DNA from: the human T2T-CHM13v2.0 reference genome, Homo sapiens
Assembly: GCF_009914755.1 (NCBI RefSeq)
Contig: NC_060930.1
Strand: one strand, 5' to 3'
DNA: 64,000 nucleotides
This document shows positions 43,185-55,861 of the stretch, one piece after another. The notes beneath the pieces were generated by a model. It worked only from the letters and a program-made list of their open reading frames with translations, was not told the DNA's origin and did not search any database. How positions within the stretch are numbered: the stretch's first letter is position 1; each line of letters starts with the position of its first letter. Position numbers and translations under genes: made by a program.

Positions 43185-46130
43185 AAACAGACAGTACGAG
43201 AAATGAGATAAATTACCAAAATTGTGAACACAAGAGAGAGTATCACTAATGACCCTTTAGAAGTTAAAAATCATTATAAGTTAATACTCTGAAAAACCTG
43301 AAGCCAATCAGTTAGACCACTTAGATAAAATGGACAGATTTATACAAAGATAGAAATTGCTGAAACTGACTCAAAAATAGATAGAAAATCTGAAGAGAAC
43401 TGTACACTAAGACAGTAATTTTAAAACCTTCTCACAAAGAAATGCCAAAGCCCAGATATCTTCACTGGTGAATTCTATCAAATATTTCAAAAGCTCTTTC
43501 AGACAAGAAGAGAGGAGGCAAGACTTTCTAGCTCATTTACAGAACTGACATTACCCTAATATCAAAGTCAGAGCAAGACTGACAAGAAAAGAATACCATA
43601 GACCAGTGTCACCAATAAACATAAATGAAAACATCCTTAACAAACATTGGCAGACAATAGAAAGCCACGTAAAAAAGGATTACATTCCATGACCAATGGG
43701 ATTCATCCCAGGAATATATGGCTGGATTAACAATTAGAAATCAATTAATGGAATGCACTGTAGTAAGGGAATAAAAGACATAATTATCTCAAAAGATACA
43801 GAAGAAACAGTTGACAAAAATGTTAACACCACTCATGTTCATAAGTTTCAACAAAATAGGAATGGAGGGGACCTTCCTCACCCTGATAAAGGGCATCTAT
43901 AAAAAACCCACAACTAAAATCATGCTTGCTGAAGAAAGACTGAATGCTTTTCTCCTAAGATGGAGATCAATGCAAGGATGTCCAATCCAACACTTCTATT
44001 TAACATTGTACTGGAGATTGCAGCTGGTGCAATAAGGCAAATAATTAAAAGTTAAAGGCATCCAGATAAAAAGGAAAACATAAAACTCTATTCACAGATA
44101 ACATGACCTTGTCTGTAGAATTCACAAGCAGATAAAAGCCTGCTAGCACTAAAAAATGAATCCAGAAGCTCCCATAGGATATAAACTCAAATTAAAAATT
44201 ATTAACATATTTCTCTATACAAGCAATTAAAATCTAAACTTTCCTATCACAGTAGTTACAAAAAGAGAGAAACAGGAATAAATTTAGGAAGACAGCAGAG
44301 TTTGTTTGTTGAAAACTACAAAACATTACTGAGAGAAATTAAAGGTCTAAATTCATGGATAGATGCGGTTGGAAAGCTCAATAATATTGTTAAGATGGCA
44401 ATTCTCCACCAAGAGATCTATAGGTTCTGTACAATCTCTATCAAAACCCCAGCAGGCATTTTATGGAAAATTGACAATTTAATCCTAAAAATGTATGTGA
44501 AAATGCAGAGGATGCAGAAAAGCCAACGCAAATTTGAAAAAAAATGGAATGTCATATAAAACTACAATAATCCAGACAGTGTGAAAGCGAGAGACACAGA
44601 GATTAATGAACAGAAGTGAGAATCTAGAAAGACATTCTTACATTTTTTTGTCAATTGATCTTCAATGAAGTTGCATAGGTAATATGATGTGACACTTATC
44701 GCCATATAAAATATAAGCTCAAACAAATTAGAGACCTAAACAGCTAAAATTTGTAAGTTAAAACCATAAAATTTCTAAAAGAAAATATAGGAGAAAATTT
44801 TTGTGACATTGAGTAGTTAGGCAAAAGATTCTTACATAAAATACAAAAAACATGATCTACAGATGAAAAAAAAGTGAGAGACAAATTGGGCTTAGTTAAA
44901 ATTTAAAACTTAAGTACTCCAAAAGACAATATTGAGAAAATGAGAAGACAAGCCGTAGATTGAGAGAAAATATTTCACAATTTATCACAAATTACATCTG
45001 TGATGAAGAACATGTATCCAGAATATGTGAAAAGTTCTTAAACTCAATGTAAGAAGATGAGCAACTCAACTAAAAATGAGCAAAACATGCTCAACTGACT
45101 TTTACAAAAGCACAAAAGCAATTCAATGAAGGAAGGAGAGCTTTCCCATCAAATGGTGATGGAACAACTGGACAACCACAGTGGAAAAAAATAACCTGAG
45201 CCAAAACTTCATGCTTCATACAAAAATAACTCAAAATGAGTCACAAGCTTTCATGTAAAGCACAGAGTTAAAATGGCAAACATTGAGCCAGGTGTGGTAT
45301 CACAGGCCTGTACTCTCAGCTACTCAGGAAGCTGAGGTGGGAGGATCCCTTGAGCCCAGGAGTTCAAGGCCAGCCTAGGCAAGAATTTTTTTTCTAAAAT
45401 AAATAATAAATTTAAATTTTTAAATTACAAGCCTTTTAAGAAAAAGTCATCAGAGCTAAGACTGGACAAAGAGTTCTTAGACATAACACCAAAAGTATGA
45501 TCCATAAAAGTTAATAAATTGGATCTTATCAACACTAAAAACTGTTGTTCTGTGAGAGACCTATGAAGAGCATAAAAAGACAAGCTACAGAATGAGAGAA
45601 GATATTTGCAGGCAACATATTATGTAAAGACTGTATTCAGAATATATGAAGAAATTTTAAAAACAATAAAAATGAAATCCAAATACAAAACAGGCAATGA
45701 GCAAGACATGAACAGACATTTCACTGAAGAGGATAAATACTGGGCTAATAAGCAGATGAATAGGTGCTCAACATCATTATCCAGTAGGAAAATACAAATT
45801 AAAACCACAGTGATGAGAATGGCTGAAATACAAAATAAAGGTAGCAACAGATGCTGGCAAGGACGCAGAGGAACTGGGACACTCTTATATTGCTGGTAGG
45901 GATGTATTTTAAAATGGTACAGCCACTCTGGAAATGAGTATTGCAGTTTTCTTCAAACCGAACATGCAATTTACCTTATGACTAGCAATTGCCCTCCTAG
46001 GCACTTATTTCAAACAAGGGAATACTTTATGTTCACGAAAATCCTGTGCACAAATACTCTTGCAGCTTTATTCATGATACCCCCAAACAGGAATTAATAC
46101 AACTGTCTTTCCGTAGGTGAGTGAGATCTG
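43185..46130 (+). mobile_element. old L1M ORF2/3' remnant with an embedded Alu monomer (~45286-45400)
   Basis: Degenerate ORF2 peptides (GMEGTFLTLIKGIYKKPT..., ENYKTLLREIK, MNRHFTEED). Confidence 0.8.
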
Positions 46131-46967
46131 CTGGTTGAAATCATAACTGAGTCACACAAGTGCCCTTTCTCAAGGCTACCATCCTGCTTCTCTGTGCAGT
46201 AAGGGTCTTATGCATATTTCCCATTTTCTCACAAAGAATATTAAAGACGTATACTCAAGGATCAAACTTTAATCCACATAAATTTTTTACTGCTCCATCA
46301 AAGACACTCTTAAATGGGACTGCAGTTTGGAGCCACTGCCTGGTTCTGCTGAGGTGCTGGGTGTGCTACCGACCTTGGCATTTGCAGCACTAATGGAAAA
46401 GTCAACACAATGAAACAGGCAGATGGCATCTTGGTATTACTGTGAAAACAAGCCTGCCTCCAGGACTCTCTGAAGGCTGCTCAGGGGACACACTTTCAAA
46501 ATGGCAAAGATCAATTATGGTTCCTAGTGGGACACAACCCCTAGCCTATTCCTATTCAGCACTGTCTTGCTCTCTATTTTCCCTCATTCTTCCAACTTAT
46601 AACTGTATAAATTTTCAAATGTGCAAAGAAGCTGAAAGAACGGTGCAGTAAAATTCAAGTTACCACTCTGCCGTATTTGGTTAATATCTCTTTATATACA
46701 TAAAAGGAGAGTGTGAAATGATGGACCATGGAGACCCAGAAGGGTAAGGGGGTTGGCAGTTGGTGTATAATAGAGGGGTTTCTTGATGGGTACAATGTGC
46801 TTGTCTCCAGTGCTGGATGCTCTGAAGGCCCTGACTTTACCACAACCAATATAGCAATGTAGCAAAATTGCACTTGTGCCTCATGAATATATATGAATTT
46901 AAGAAATAAAAAATAAAATAACATAACATGTCTCTTTATAGATACAGGTAGACATGTTTGTATAGCA

Positions 46968-47025
46968 TGTGTGTGAATGTGTGTGTGTGCCTGTGTGTGT
47001 GTCCGCCTGTGTGTGTGTGTCCGTG
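46968..47025. repeat. interrupted (TG)n microsatellite
   Basis: tgtgtgtgaatgtgtgtgtgtgcctgtgtgtgtgtccgcctgtgtgtgtgtgtccgtg. Confidence 0.9.
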
Positions 47026-48244
47026 TAGAGAGGCAGCACAAATTAAGAGATTAAGATTTTGTGACTGAGCTATTCCAAAGTAACTTAAACATAAAACACA
47101 CATGGATAAATGTGTCTGTGACAACAAACCTGAATACAAACATGAAATAATATGTCTATAAACACATCTCTAGATAGATAGCTTATGAATGAATTCCCTA
47201 CCCCAGCTCCCTTACTGGTTGCCCTGTGAACACAAGGAGTCAGGGAACAGGACCCAGCTAGGGTCCCTCATCCTTCTCTTGCATCCAGGCAGGTCCTGCA
47301 TCCACTCTGGCTGCACAGAAGGCTCCCATCCCTGCCTTGGTCTGTTTCACAGGTGCTCCCCTAACTCTCTCTGCCACCACTGCTTTATCTGGATGGAGCT
47401 GAGGCTGCCCTGACCAAGAACAGCACCACCCATCTGTGTCCCCAAGACCAGGAAGTTAGGAGGAACCACACAACAAGGTCAGGAACTATCCCACCTCCCC
47501 AATCAGTCTGAACTGATGGCGGGAGATGCTGATGCTTGCTTTACTCATCCTCAATCCCAGCTCACTTATTCTTCATTAATTCAATCCAATCTCCCCAGCA
47601 GTCACTTCACCCCAGAAGCTGACTGACCTCTACTCTTCGTAATCAGGAAACCACAAAGCACTCTCCGTCCCCTCCCTGATATCACCCTTCAGCTCTACAT
47701 CATCATATGTGGGCTCTAACTCTGCAGGGAAGATGTTGCCCCACAGGGTCAGCCCCTGAACACTGGCTGCAAATGTCCCCCCATCCCTTCCCAGCCCTTT
47801 CGGTGTTGCTGTGAATCTGTCCCTCACTGAGAACTGGTGGGGAGATGTGGGGGAGGAGGGGAGATTTCTTTATGCTGTGTCAAAGCATGGAGACAGACCT
47901 CTCCTTCTCTCCTGAACCTCACACTATCCCTTCCCAGACACTTGAAATAAAACGCAGACCAGAAATGTCTATTTAAGAGTTAAATATCTATAGTATAAAA
48001 TATGAAGACAGAGTAGAATGGGGTAATGCAGGAGAGCATGACAGAGATGACAGGACCTCAAGGTGCCAGGAAAGCTGGTGCTGGGCCAGGACCAAGGAGC
48101 CATCAGCAGGACACTCACTCATAAAGCTCACCTATAATAATACAATTACTGCATATGTAATATATCAAAATATAATAAAATAACAAAATAACAAAAATAA
48201 TATGGCACAGCTGCAAATACCCCATATATACTAACCCTTTTCAT

Positions 48245-49500
48245 TCATCCAACCACAAGAAATAAATGCTCGTAGTTTCCCCATGTCATAGATGAGGAAA
48301 ATGAGGCACAAAGAGAGAACATGCTGGTGAGGCCTAGGCAAGGAGTTGAATCCAGACCGCCTGGCTGCAGAGTCTAGTTGCCCTCAGTGGAGCCAGCGAA
48401 CCCAGGAGCTGACACCAGAGACTGAGATCTCAGCTGTGCACTGCCCTGGTGGTCTCCTGTCCCAACCAGGTGTTGACCCAGGCCTTGCAGGCTCACGCGC
48501 TCTGGAAAAAAGAGAGAAACCAATAAATGCTCCCCTGGGTGCAGAGTGCTGCTTTTTATTTCCTGAGGAGTTCTCCCTCCTCAGTCACTCCCAAATCAGA
48601 TTTACCCTTTCTCTGACGGAAGATGACGTCCCCACTTTTTTCTCCCTCCCATGGCACTTTTCCAGCCCCTGCCAGTCCCCTCCCGTGACTCCATCAACAT
48701 CAGCACCTGCCCTGTGTCCACCATCCATTGTGCAGTGAGTGAAAGGACCCAGGACTAAGGAACAAGACCCAAGAGGAAACTCAGTGCCCTTTCCTCCTCC
48801 TCTCAAGCCTGACCAGCCCTGACACAGTGAGAGGCCTCCCCAAAGAGAGGCCCTGGCCCTGTCTCCATGTCCTTCCAGGTCTGGGCCAAGTCACACACAG
48901 TCCTTCTCTTCCTGAGACCCCAGGCCCTCTTCACCTGCAGAGGCACCTGCATACCAGGGCAGGCCCTGCACACTGTGGGTTCTGCCCTCCACCAGCAGCT
49001 CACTGTTCCTCCCCTCCCAGCTCTGAGCAGACAGCTCCTAACTAGAGATCCTATCAGGAAGCCCTGGGGCTCACAGGCCCTGCATGGAAATATGTGGCTG
49101 CCATGGAGTCTGCACCTGACCTGATGCTGGGGACCCCCTTGCTCAAGGAGGCCCAGCCTGCCCTCCCCATAACCTGCATTTGGGCTGTGCTTGCTCCTGC
49201 CTGTCCACTCAACCCTGGAAATGCAGCTCCACCCCAGGGCTGCTGCTTGGTGAGGCTGCAAGCCCTTCCTGTCCCATTCCTAACAGGGATTCCACCCAGG
49301 CCACTGCCATCGCAGCTCACAGGGGATCTTCTTCGCCTGTGGAGTAGGGGGTTTCTTCAGACCCCTCATCCTGAGGCTGCCTCTACGCACCCTCTGCACC
49401 TGGGGATTGCCACTGCCACAGGCACTGTCTCCCACATGGACCCTCTGAGAAACGAAGCCCCAAATTTGACTTCCTGTTCTATTCAACATCCTTTACAACA
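48245..49500 (-). pseudogene. MICG: MIC family remnant: terminal exon 6 (coding 48501-48374), 3'UTR and part of intron 5
   Basis: Minus strand: ttttttccag|AGCGCGTGAGCCTGCAA...GAGGGCAACTAG translates [42 protein letters not shown], homologous to the MICA/MICB cytoplasmic tail. The following sequence matches the MIC 3'UTR. Upstream limit approximate. Confidence 0.85.
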
Positions 49501-50874
49501 TCAGTGTTGGAGGAAATCCTATTAAGATTATCCAGCTGAAATTATGTTGATGTACACCAATACTTAAAGCAGGAATTTTGAGAAACTAACATGTAATTTT
49601 CATGCCCTTTTTCTAGCCAATGTCCCAGTGACCTACGAGAAAACCATTCCTGCCTACAGGGAACCAGAACTGACAATCCCTCTATAGGAGACACCGCAGG
49701 TGAGAGCAGGAGCAACCACAGACCTGCACTGCCCGCGCTGTGGTTGCCTCCTGGACGGGGCCCTCTTGCTGCAGGGCAGGGGATGAACCGTCCCATCTGC
49801 CCAGGCCTGAGTGGCCAACTAACTGTGCAATTAGGTTCAAGGATGAGTCACCACCACCTCACTGGCCAGACACACGGAAGTGGAGAAATGGCAGAAAGAC
49901 TCGGGTTTCCTGGACACCTCAGACTCTCACTGTCCCCTGCACTGCCTCTGTCTTTGCAGAAACTCAAAACTTTCTGCTTGCTCTTTTCCTCTCCCCTCAA
50001 ACAACCTGACTGTGGGGGACATGATTCTGACTGTCTCTTATTTTAAACTTACCAGGCAGTGACTACACTAAGAACAAAAAAATTGGCTCAGGAAAGGCAA
50101 GGTGAGGCCACAGAGCACAGAACAAAGCCCAAAAAACAGCCCACTGGGTACTATGACCCTCGGGGGCTGGAAAAAGTAACACCTGGACATGGGATGAAAA
50201 CAGGGACCACAGCTGCCCTGACAGAGGGCTGGTCCCCACTCCCCAAATAGCCCAGGGACATCTGCTTATCAACTGGTCCATATTATCTGCAAGGAAACAC
50301 AGGGAGACAGGGGCCATATGGTGGGAACCCAGAAAAAGCACGGTCTCGAGGGACCCAGAGGACGTGACACCCCTGAGACAGCTCCCAGATGAGGCATATG
50401 GGGAGCTGCAAAGTGGACAGAGGATGGCCATGTGCACTCAGGACTCTCCCTGTTACAAGGGGACCTCAAAGGGGCTGTACACATGGGGGCCCTCATTCTG
50501 GGTCTCGTGGGTCTTTTTCTTGATGTCCTCCTGATGGCTGGAGAAACAGGGGAGGGGGATGCAGAAAGGAAGGGACTAGAGGCACCACCTCTCCTTGGAT
50601 TCCTCTCCAGTTTCTAGCCCTCCCTAGATCACATCTGCCTTTACTATTTGCTCCCTCTGAGATAGCGATCATCCAGGCCCTCAGCAATCAGCACGCAATT
50701 CCCAACTCACCCACCTGGATGCAACCTGGTAAGCCTGAGAGACAGAGACCGGGATGGGGACAAAGCAGGCACCACGGCCCTCCCTGCTGCCCACTCCTCA
50801 CCTGCAGCAGGAGGAGGCTACAGCTGGATGTTCGAGGGCCTTGGCCCAGCCCTGGCTTGGGCAGGACTTAAGGG

Positions 50875-51490
50875 TGTAAAAAATAACCTACATGTGATGG
50901 CTCATTTTCAATTCTATGTGCCTTAGTATAGGTTTAAGCAGGCCACATGGTCATAAAGAGATAAAGAAGGAAAATGTACTAAGCCACCATCCCCCCTACT
51001 TCTTGCTTTCCCTTTCATGCACTGGCCAGGCACCTATCGGTTGGGGCCCCCTCAACGACCCCTTCCCCACCTCACCAAAAAATGTAGTTTAGGCTAACTT
51101 GCAACATAGATAATTGTACCCTTTCTTATCAACTAAGTGCAGCCATTAGGGACATAAGTCAAATGTTTAAAGAGTCCTGAGACAATCACAATGCATTATG
51201 GGCTGCAACAAAATGCAGCAAAAAAAAAAAAAACCCTAAGGAACATACTAGAAGTCTTAAACTACCAATAGGTGACATCCGGGAAGATCGTAAGTCCTTG
51301 GTACTCAGCTAATGAGCAACTGGGGGAGGGAGTTGAGCACTAGGGAATAAATTGTTGAAACTCTCCCTGGTGTGCCTGCATTCCAGACACCCAATATTGC
51401 AAAACCGTCACTGACACTCTCACTTTTGCTGTTCTCTGGGTCTCAGAGTCCATTCTTTGGGTTTGGATGGGTGCGTTTGTTTCTCATAAT
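50875..51490 (+). mobile_element. ERV1-type LTR about 12 kb upstream of HLA-G
   Basis: TG start, 3' end cagagtccattctttgggtttggatgggtgcgtttgtttctcata typical of ERV1 LTRs, followed by PBS-like tctagttgcc. Exact family uncertain. Confidence 0.6.
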
Positions 51491-51721
51491 CTAGTTGCCT
51501 ATATGGGGATCTCTGTGCTTGTGTGAAGTGAGTGAGACTCTGCCTGAAAGGAGAAACACATACCAATTGATTCATGTGGCCCATTCTATCTGGATGTCCT
51601 GGCTCCTCGCAGAAGCCATAGACAAACTTGAAACTGTTATTCAGGACACAATGAAAGTGACATGGGGGTACGGGAGGGTGGGGTGGAAAGTGGGCACCAC
51701 AGCAACCAGGCAACCTCATGT

Positions 51722-54500
51722 GTCTTGTGGAAGGCACTGAAAGTACTGTGGGGGTCACATCACCATGAGAGAGCTGAAGGATGTGGGGTGGTGTTGGGGC
51801 TGTCTATCGTCTCTACGTAATCCAGCAAACTGTCCCTGAGGGAGCCTGATGAGGCCTAAAGAATGAATGAGATTACTCTAGGTATGGCCAAGTAGGAGTT
51901 ATAATTGCAGCTTTTATGTTGTCTGGATATCACTGGTAGAGCAGATTAATAAATCCTTGGGCCCACAGTGTGCAGCTGCAGACTTGGTGAGTGCATTCCT
52001 TTCCACTCCAATTAGAAAGGGGATATGGAATGATTCACATTCATGTGGGATCCACAACACATTTATTTATCATTTGCCTCAGGGCTATTGTAACTCCTCT
52101 GCCCGCTATAGTATATAGTCTTAAGACTACACTAGACATACTGGATATCCTATAGGATATTAAATCAGCTCATTTCATTGACAATTTCATGTTTACTGGG
52201 GTGGATGAGCAGCAGGTAGAAAGTGCACTGGAGTCCTTGGCAAAACAAGCACACTCCAGAAGGTGAAGGTAAACCTTACAGAGCTTCAAGAGTGGCCACT
52301 GAAGTGAAGTTTTATGGGTGAACAAGTGCCAAGTGTTTAGGGGAATGTAGGTGTGTCCCCTCCAAGGTAAAAGACAAACTGTTTCATCTTGCATCCTCAC
52401 CAGAAGGAAGGAAGCACACTGCCTGATGAGCCTCTTTGAGTTCTGATGACACCACATTCCACATTTAGGTGTGTTGCTTTGGCCCACACTCTAGGTGACA
52501 TAGGAGGAGGCCACCTTCATGTGGGGCCCACACAGGAAAGGACCCTGCAGCAGATCCAGGCCATGGTACAAGCAGCCAGCATCCCTCAGACCCCTTGGGG
52601 CTGGTGGTGCCAGTGGTGGGGAAAGATGCAGGATGGAGCTGAACCAAGCACCAGTGGGAGAGTCACAATGGAGGGCCTGGGATTCTGGAGTAAGATCATG
52701 TCATCCACAGCAGAGACATATGCCCCCTGTTAGAAGCAACATTTAGTGTTACTTGTCCTGATTTGATAGAATGCTTGACCAAGAGACACCAAACAACAAT
52801 GTGGTTCCAAGTGGCTGTGTGACCCACAAAGTCATAAATTGCACAGGCCCAACAGCATTCATCAACAGGTGAAAATGGTCCACCTGGGTTGAGCTTGAAT
52901 CCCATGTTGACACCCACAGAAAACACCCAAGTGTGATGTGGCACTGAACAACCAAACAGACAAATGGCAGTTAGCCAGCCTTCACCATGGGTCAGCCCAG
53001 GCCTGGTAGGATGGGTGCATGAATGGAGCAACCACAGTGGCAGGCATGAGGCTATGTATGGGGCCAGCAGCACTGACTCTCCCAGCCCTACCAAGGTAGA
53101 TCCAGCTACTGCCACTCCTGAATGTCAACTCGTCAGCATTTGGAGCCCATGATGTGCCCTAGTGGGGCACTATTTCTTTCGGCGACCAGCCACTAAGTAA
53201 CAAGTGACTACATTTAGCTACTTCCATCCTGGAAGGGCCAGAGGTTCATCTTCACAGAAATAGGCTCATATTCCATGGGTGGGTTTTCCTGTCTTGCTCT
53301 GACACTCAGCCAGCACCACTCTCCGGGTGCTGTTGACATTCCTGATCTGCAGGCTAGGCGGTGCTCCTAGCCCATTCTCTGCCTGAAGGACCCATTTGGC
53401 CTGGAAAGTTTTAATGTTTCCATGGCTGTGGGTTCCACTAATCCTATCACCATCTGCACCACCCAGGAGCTACCAGCCACAAGGAATGCTGGACAGGTCT
53501 TCTATAGGCACAACTCAGTGCCAGCCTGGAGGAAGCACTCTGAGAGTGCCATCTTTCAGAACATGGTATATTGTTTGAATCAGAGATGTCTCTATGGTGC
53601 TGTGTTCTCAATGGAAGAACATGTGGGTCCAGAAATCAAAAGGTGGAAGCAGGTATGGCTCCATGTCCAATCTCTTAGATTCACCCACTAAGGTATTTTG
53701 CCTTTTTTATCTCCCAACAATGGGCTGTGCGGGTTAGGAGGTCCTGGTTTCCAAAGGAGGGTACCCTTAAAAGTAGACAAAAGAGAGCCCATTGAACTAC
53801 ACATTATTTTAGTCACCAGAGAAGTTTGGAGAGCATGTTCCCAGAGACCACATCGTGAGAAGAGGAGTGTCCTTCTCTCCAGGCCCAGGTAATAGGCCCT
53901 CATCCCCAGGAGGAGGCATGGCTACTTTCACACAATGAGGGCAGAAGTGTGTGTGGAAACCAGACATCCACCTGGGAACCTTCTGGGTCCCCTTGCCCCA
54001 TTGTAAGTGTGAGCAGAATCATCCAGAAATTTAGCTTGAGAGGATTTGATTTCCAAGAACCCAGACCCATCTGGGCAGCAGGTTTGAGTCACACTCCTGG
54101 GTAATCTCCCAAGGCCCTGCTCCTGTGCTCTGACATCCTCAGTAGCATTGGTATGGAGGCCCTGCTTCCCATGGGCTGTTCCCAGTCAGTGATGGCTCAC
54201 ACCAGTGACACTAAGGCAGGACATTCCTGGGAGACAGGGGACTCCTCTGATGGCCAATGGTGGCTCCGGGTCTCCTCCATGGCCTTGCTCAACTCTCCTT
54301 AGATTGCCTGTGGTCTAGGAAACATCCAGTAAACCTTCTCTCCTTCTGTCCATCACTGGGGGTCACACTTGCATCTCGGCCTGTTGCCTTTCCCAGGGTA
54401 ACCTGACTCCCTCACAATATCGTCTGACAGGTATGTCCCCTAATAAAATGTTGTAACTTTAATCCCATGATGGCACTTGCTTTTTGGAGGATTTGGACTA
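51722..54500 (+). mobile_element. HERV16 pol-3' fragment plus 3' LTR (HCP5-like)
   Basis: Colinear with 6228-8975. RT remnant gacttggtgagtgcattcctttcc, LTR AATAAA ~54442, antisense MCSSMGSLLSTFKGTLL peptide. Confidence 0.85.
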
Positions 54501-55288
54501 CAAAATCATTTTCATCTGCACACCAGTGTCCTCTTATTCCAATTTGTAAAATCCTTTTGTTTATTCAACTTCTTCTACTTGCGTTGGCTCCATTTTGCTG
54601 GTATTTGTATTATGTTTTTGAGTTCGTCAATGTTTGTTGATTTAATCACTAAATTTGGGGGTAGTTTGTTATGCGGCAATGGATAACTAATGAAGCCCTC
54701 TTACATTTCCATTATTCTATACAGGTTACGTACATCTGCTTTATTTCCTTCCATTTTCATAACACTGGCCATACGTAGGGTTTCTAGTTTCTCAACGTGT
54801 ATTCTTTTCTTTATTTTAGTTTCTTTTCTTTTTTGTTCCTTCCCTTTCTCCTTCCTTCTGTCCCTCCCTCCCTCTCTTTCTTCTCTATTTCCATTCAACC
54901 TCTCGCCTTCCCTCCTTTTTACTCTGCTTTCCTTCCCTTTTCTTCCCCTTCCCCTTCCTTCTTTTCTTCTTTCACTCCTTCTTCTCTTCCTCCTTCTTTC
55001 CCTCCCTTCCTCCATTTTTTCCTTTTTATTATGAAAATTTCCTAACATATAAAATAACCCTATGTGATTGTGCTATAAGTAAGCATTTTCTGAATCTGTA
55101 TGTCAAAAGTACAATGCCACGGTATATGAGAAACAAGTAAACAACAGAAAGTTATTGACAGAATCTAAATAAAAATGCCTGCTATAATTCTGCAGCCAAG
55201 ACAGTGGCTTTCAACTCAATTCCTTCAACTCAGTGTTTTCAGAACACATCATCAACATCAAGTATTACGCACTTATTTCAAAAGTTTA

Positions 55289-55826
55289 GGCCAGGCGTGG
55301 TGGTTCACGCCTGTAATCCCAGCACTTTGGTAGGCTGAGGTGGGTGGACCACCTGAGGTCAGGAGTTCAAGACCAGTCTGGCTAACATGGTAAAACCCCA
55401 TTGTCGCAATCGGTTACTATGGGATATAATGAAGGGGGATGAACACAGAAATAAAGACAAAGACAAAAAGATCTGTTCTAAAAGAAGGGGTCGGGGGCTT
55501 CTTGCTTCTAGTGATTCCTTCTGGCAGCAAACTCAGTTTGTCAGTTTGCCAACATCCTGCTTTCATGAGAACAGTTTGCTGTTTGCTCATATAGCCTCCA
55601 GTGGTATACTGAGTTGATCACGACCCTCATTCTTTCGGCCTCCAATACCCCGACTCTACTAAAAATACAAAAATTAGCTGGGCGTGGTGGTGCATGCCTG
55701 TAATCCCAACTACTCGGGAGGCTGAGGCAGGAGAATTGCTTGAACTGGGAGGTGGAAGTTGCAATCAGCCAAGATAGCACCACTGCAGTTCAGCCTGGGC
55801 AACAGAGCAAGACTTCGTCTCAAAAA

Positions 55827-55860
<34 letters not shown>
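55289..55860 (+). mobile_element. AluSx-like, interrupted by an LTR, with (TAAA)n tail
   Basis: Left part 55289-55401, right part 55648-55860, TSD aagttta. Empty site in the paralogue at ~10036. Confidence 0.9.
55402..55647 (-). mobile_element. internally deleted HERV-K-class solo LTR (LTR3/HML-6-like)
   Basis: Minus strand starts t(a)ttggaggccgaaagaatgagggtcgtgatcaactcagtataccactggaggc and ends ...gcgaca. 6-bp TSD CCCCAT/CCCCGA. Confidence 0.7.

Positions 55861-55861
<1 letters not shown>

Noticed and set aside
47150-48100. Unique-looking sequence with short ORFs next to the MIC remnant (also 49540-50870)
   Set aside because: No recognisable homology or convincing exon structure by eye. 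Probably duplicon flank; a database search is needed.
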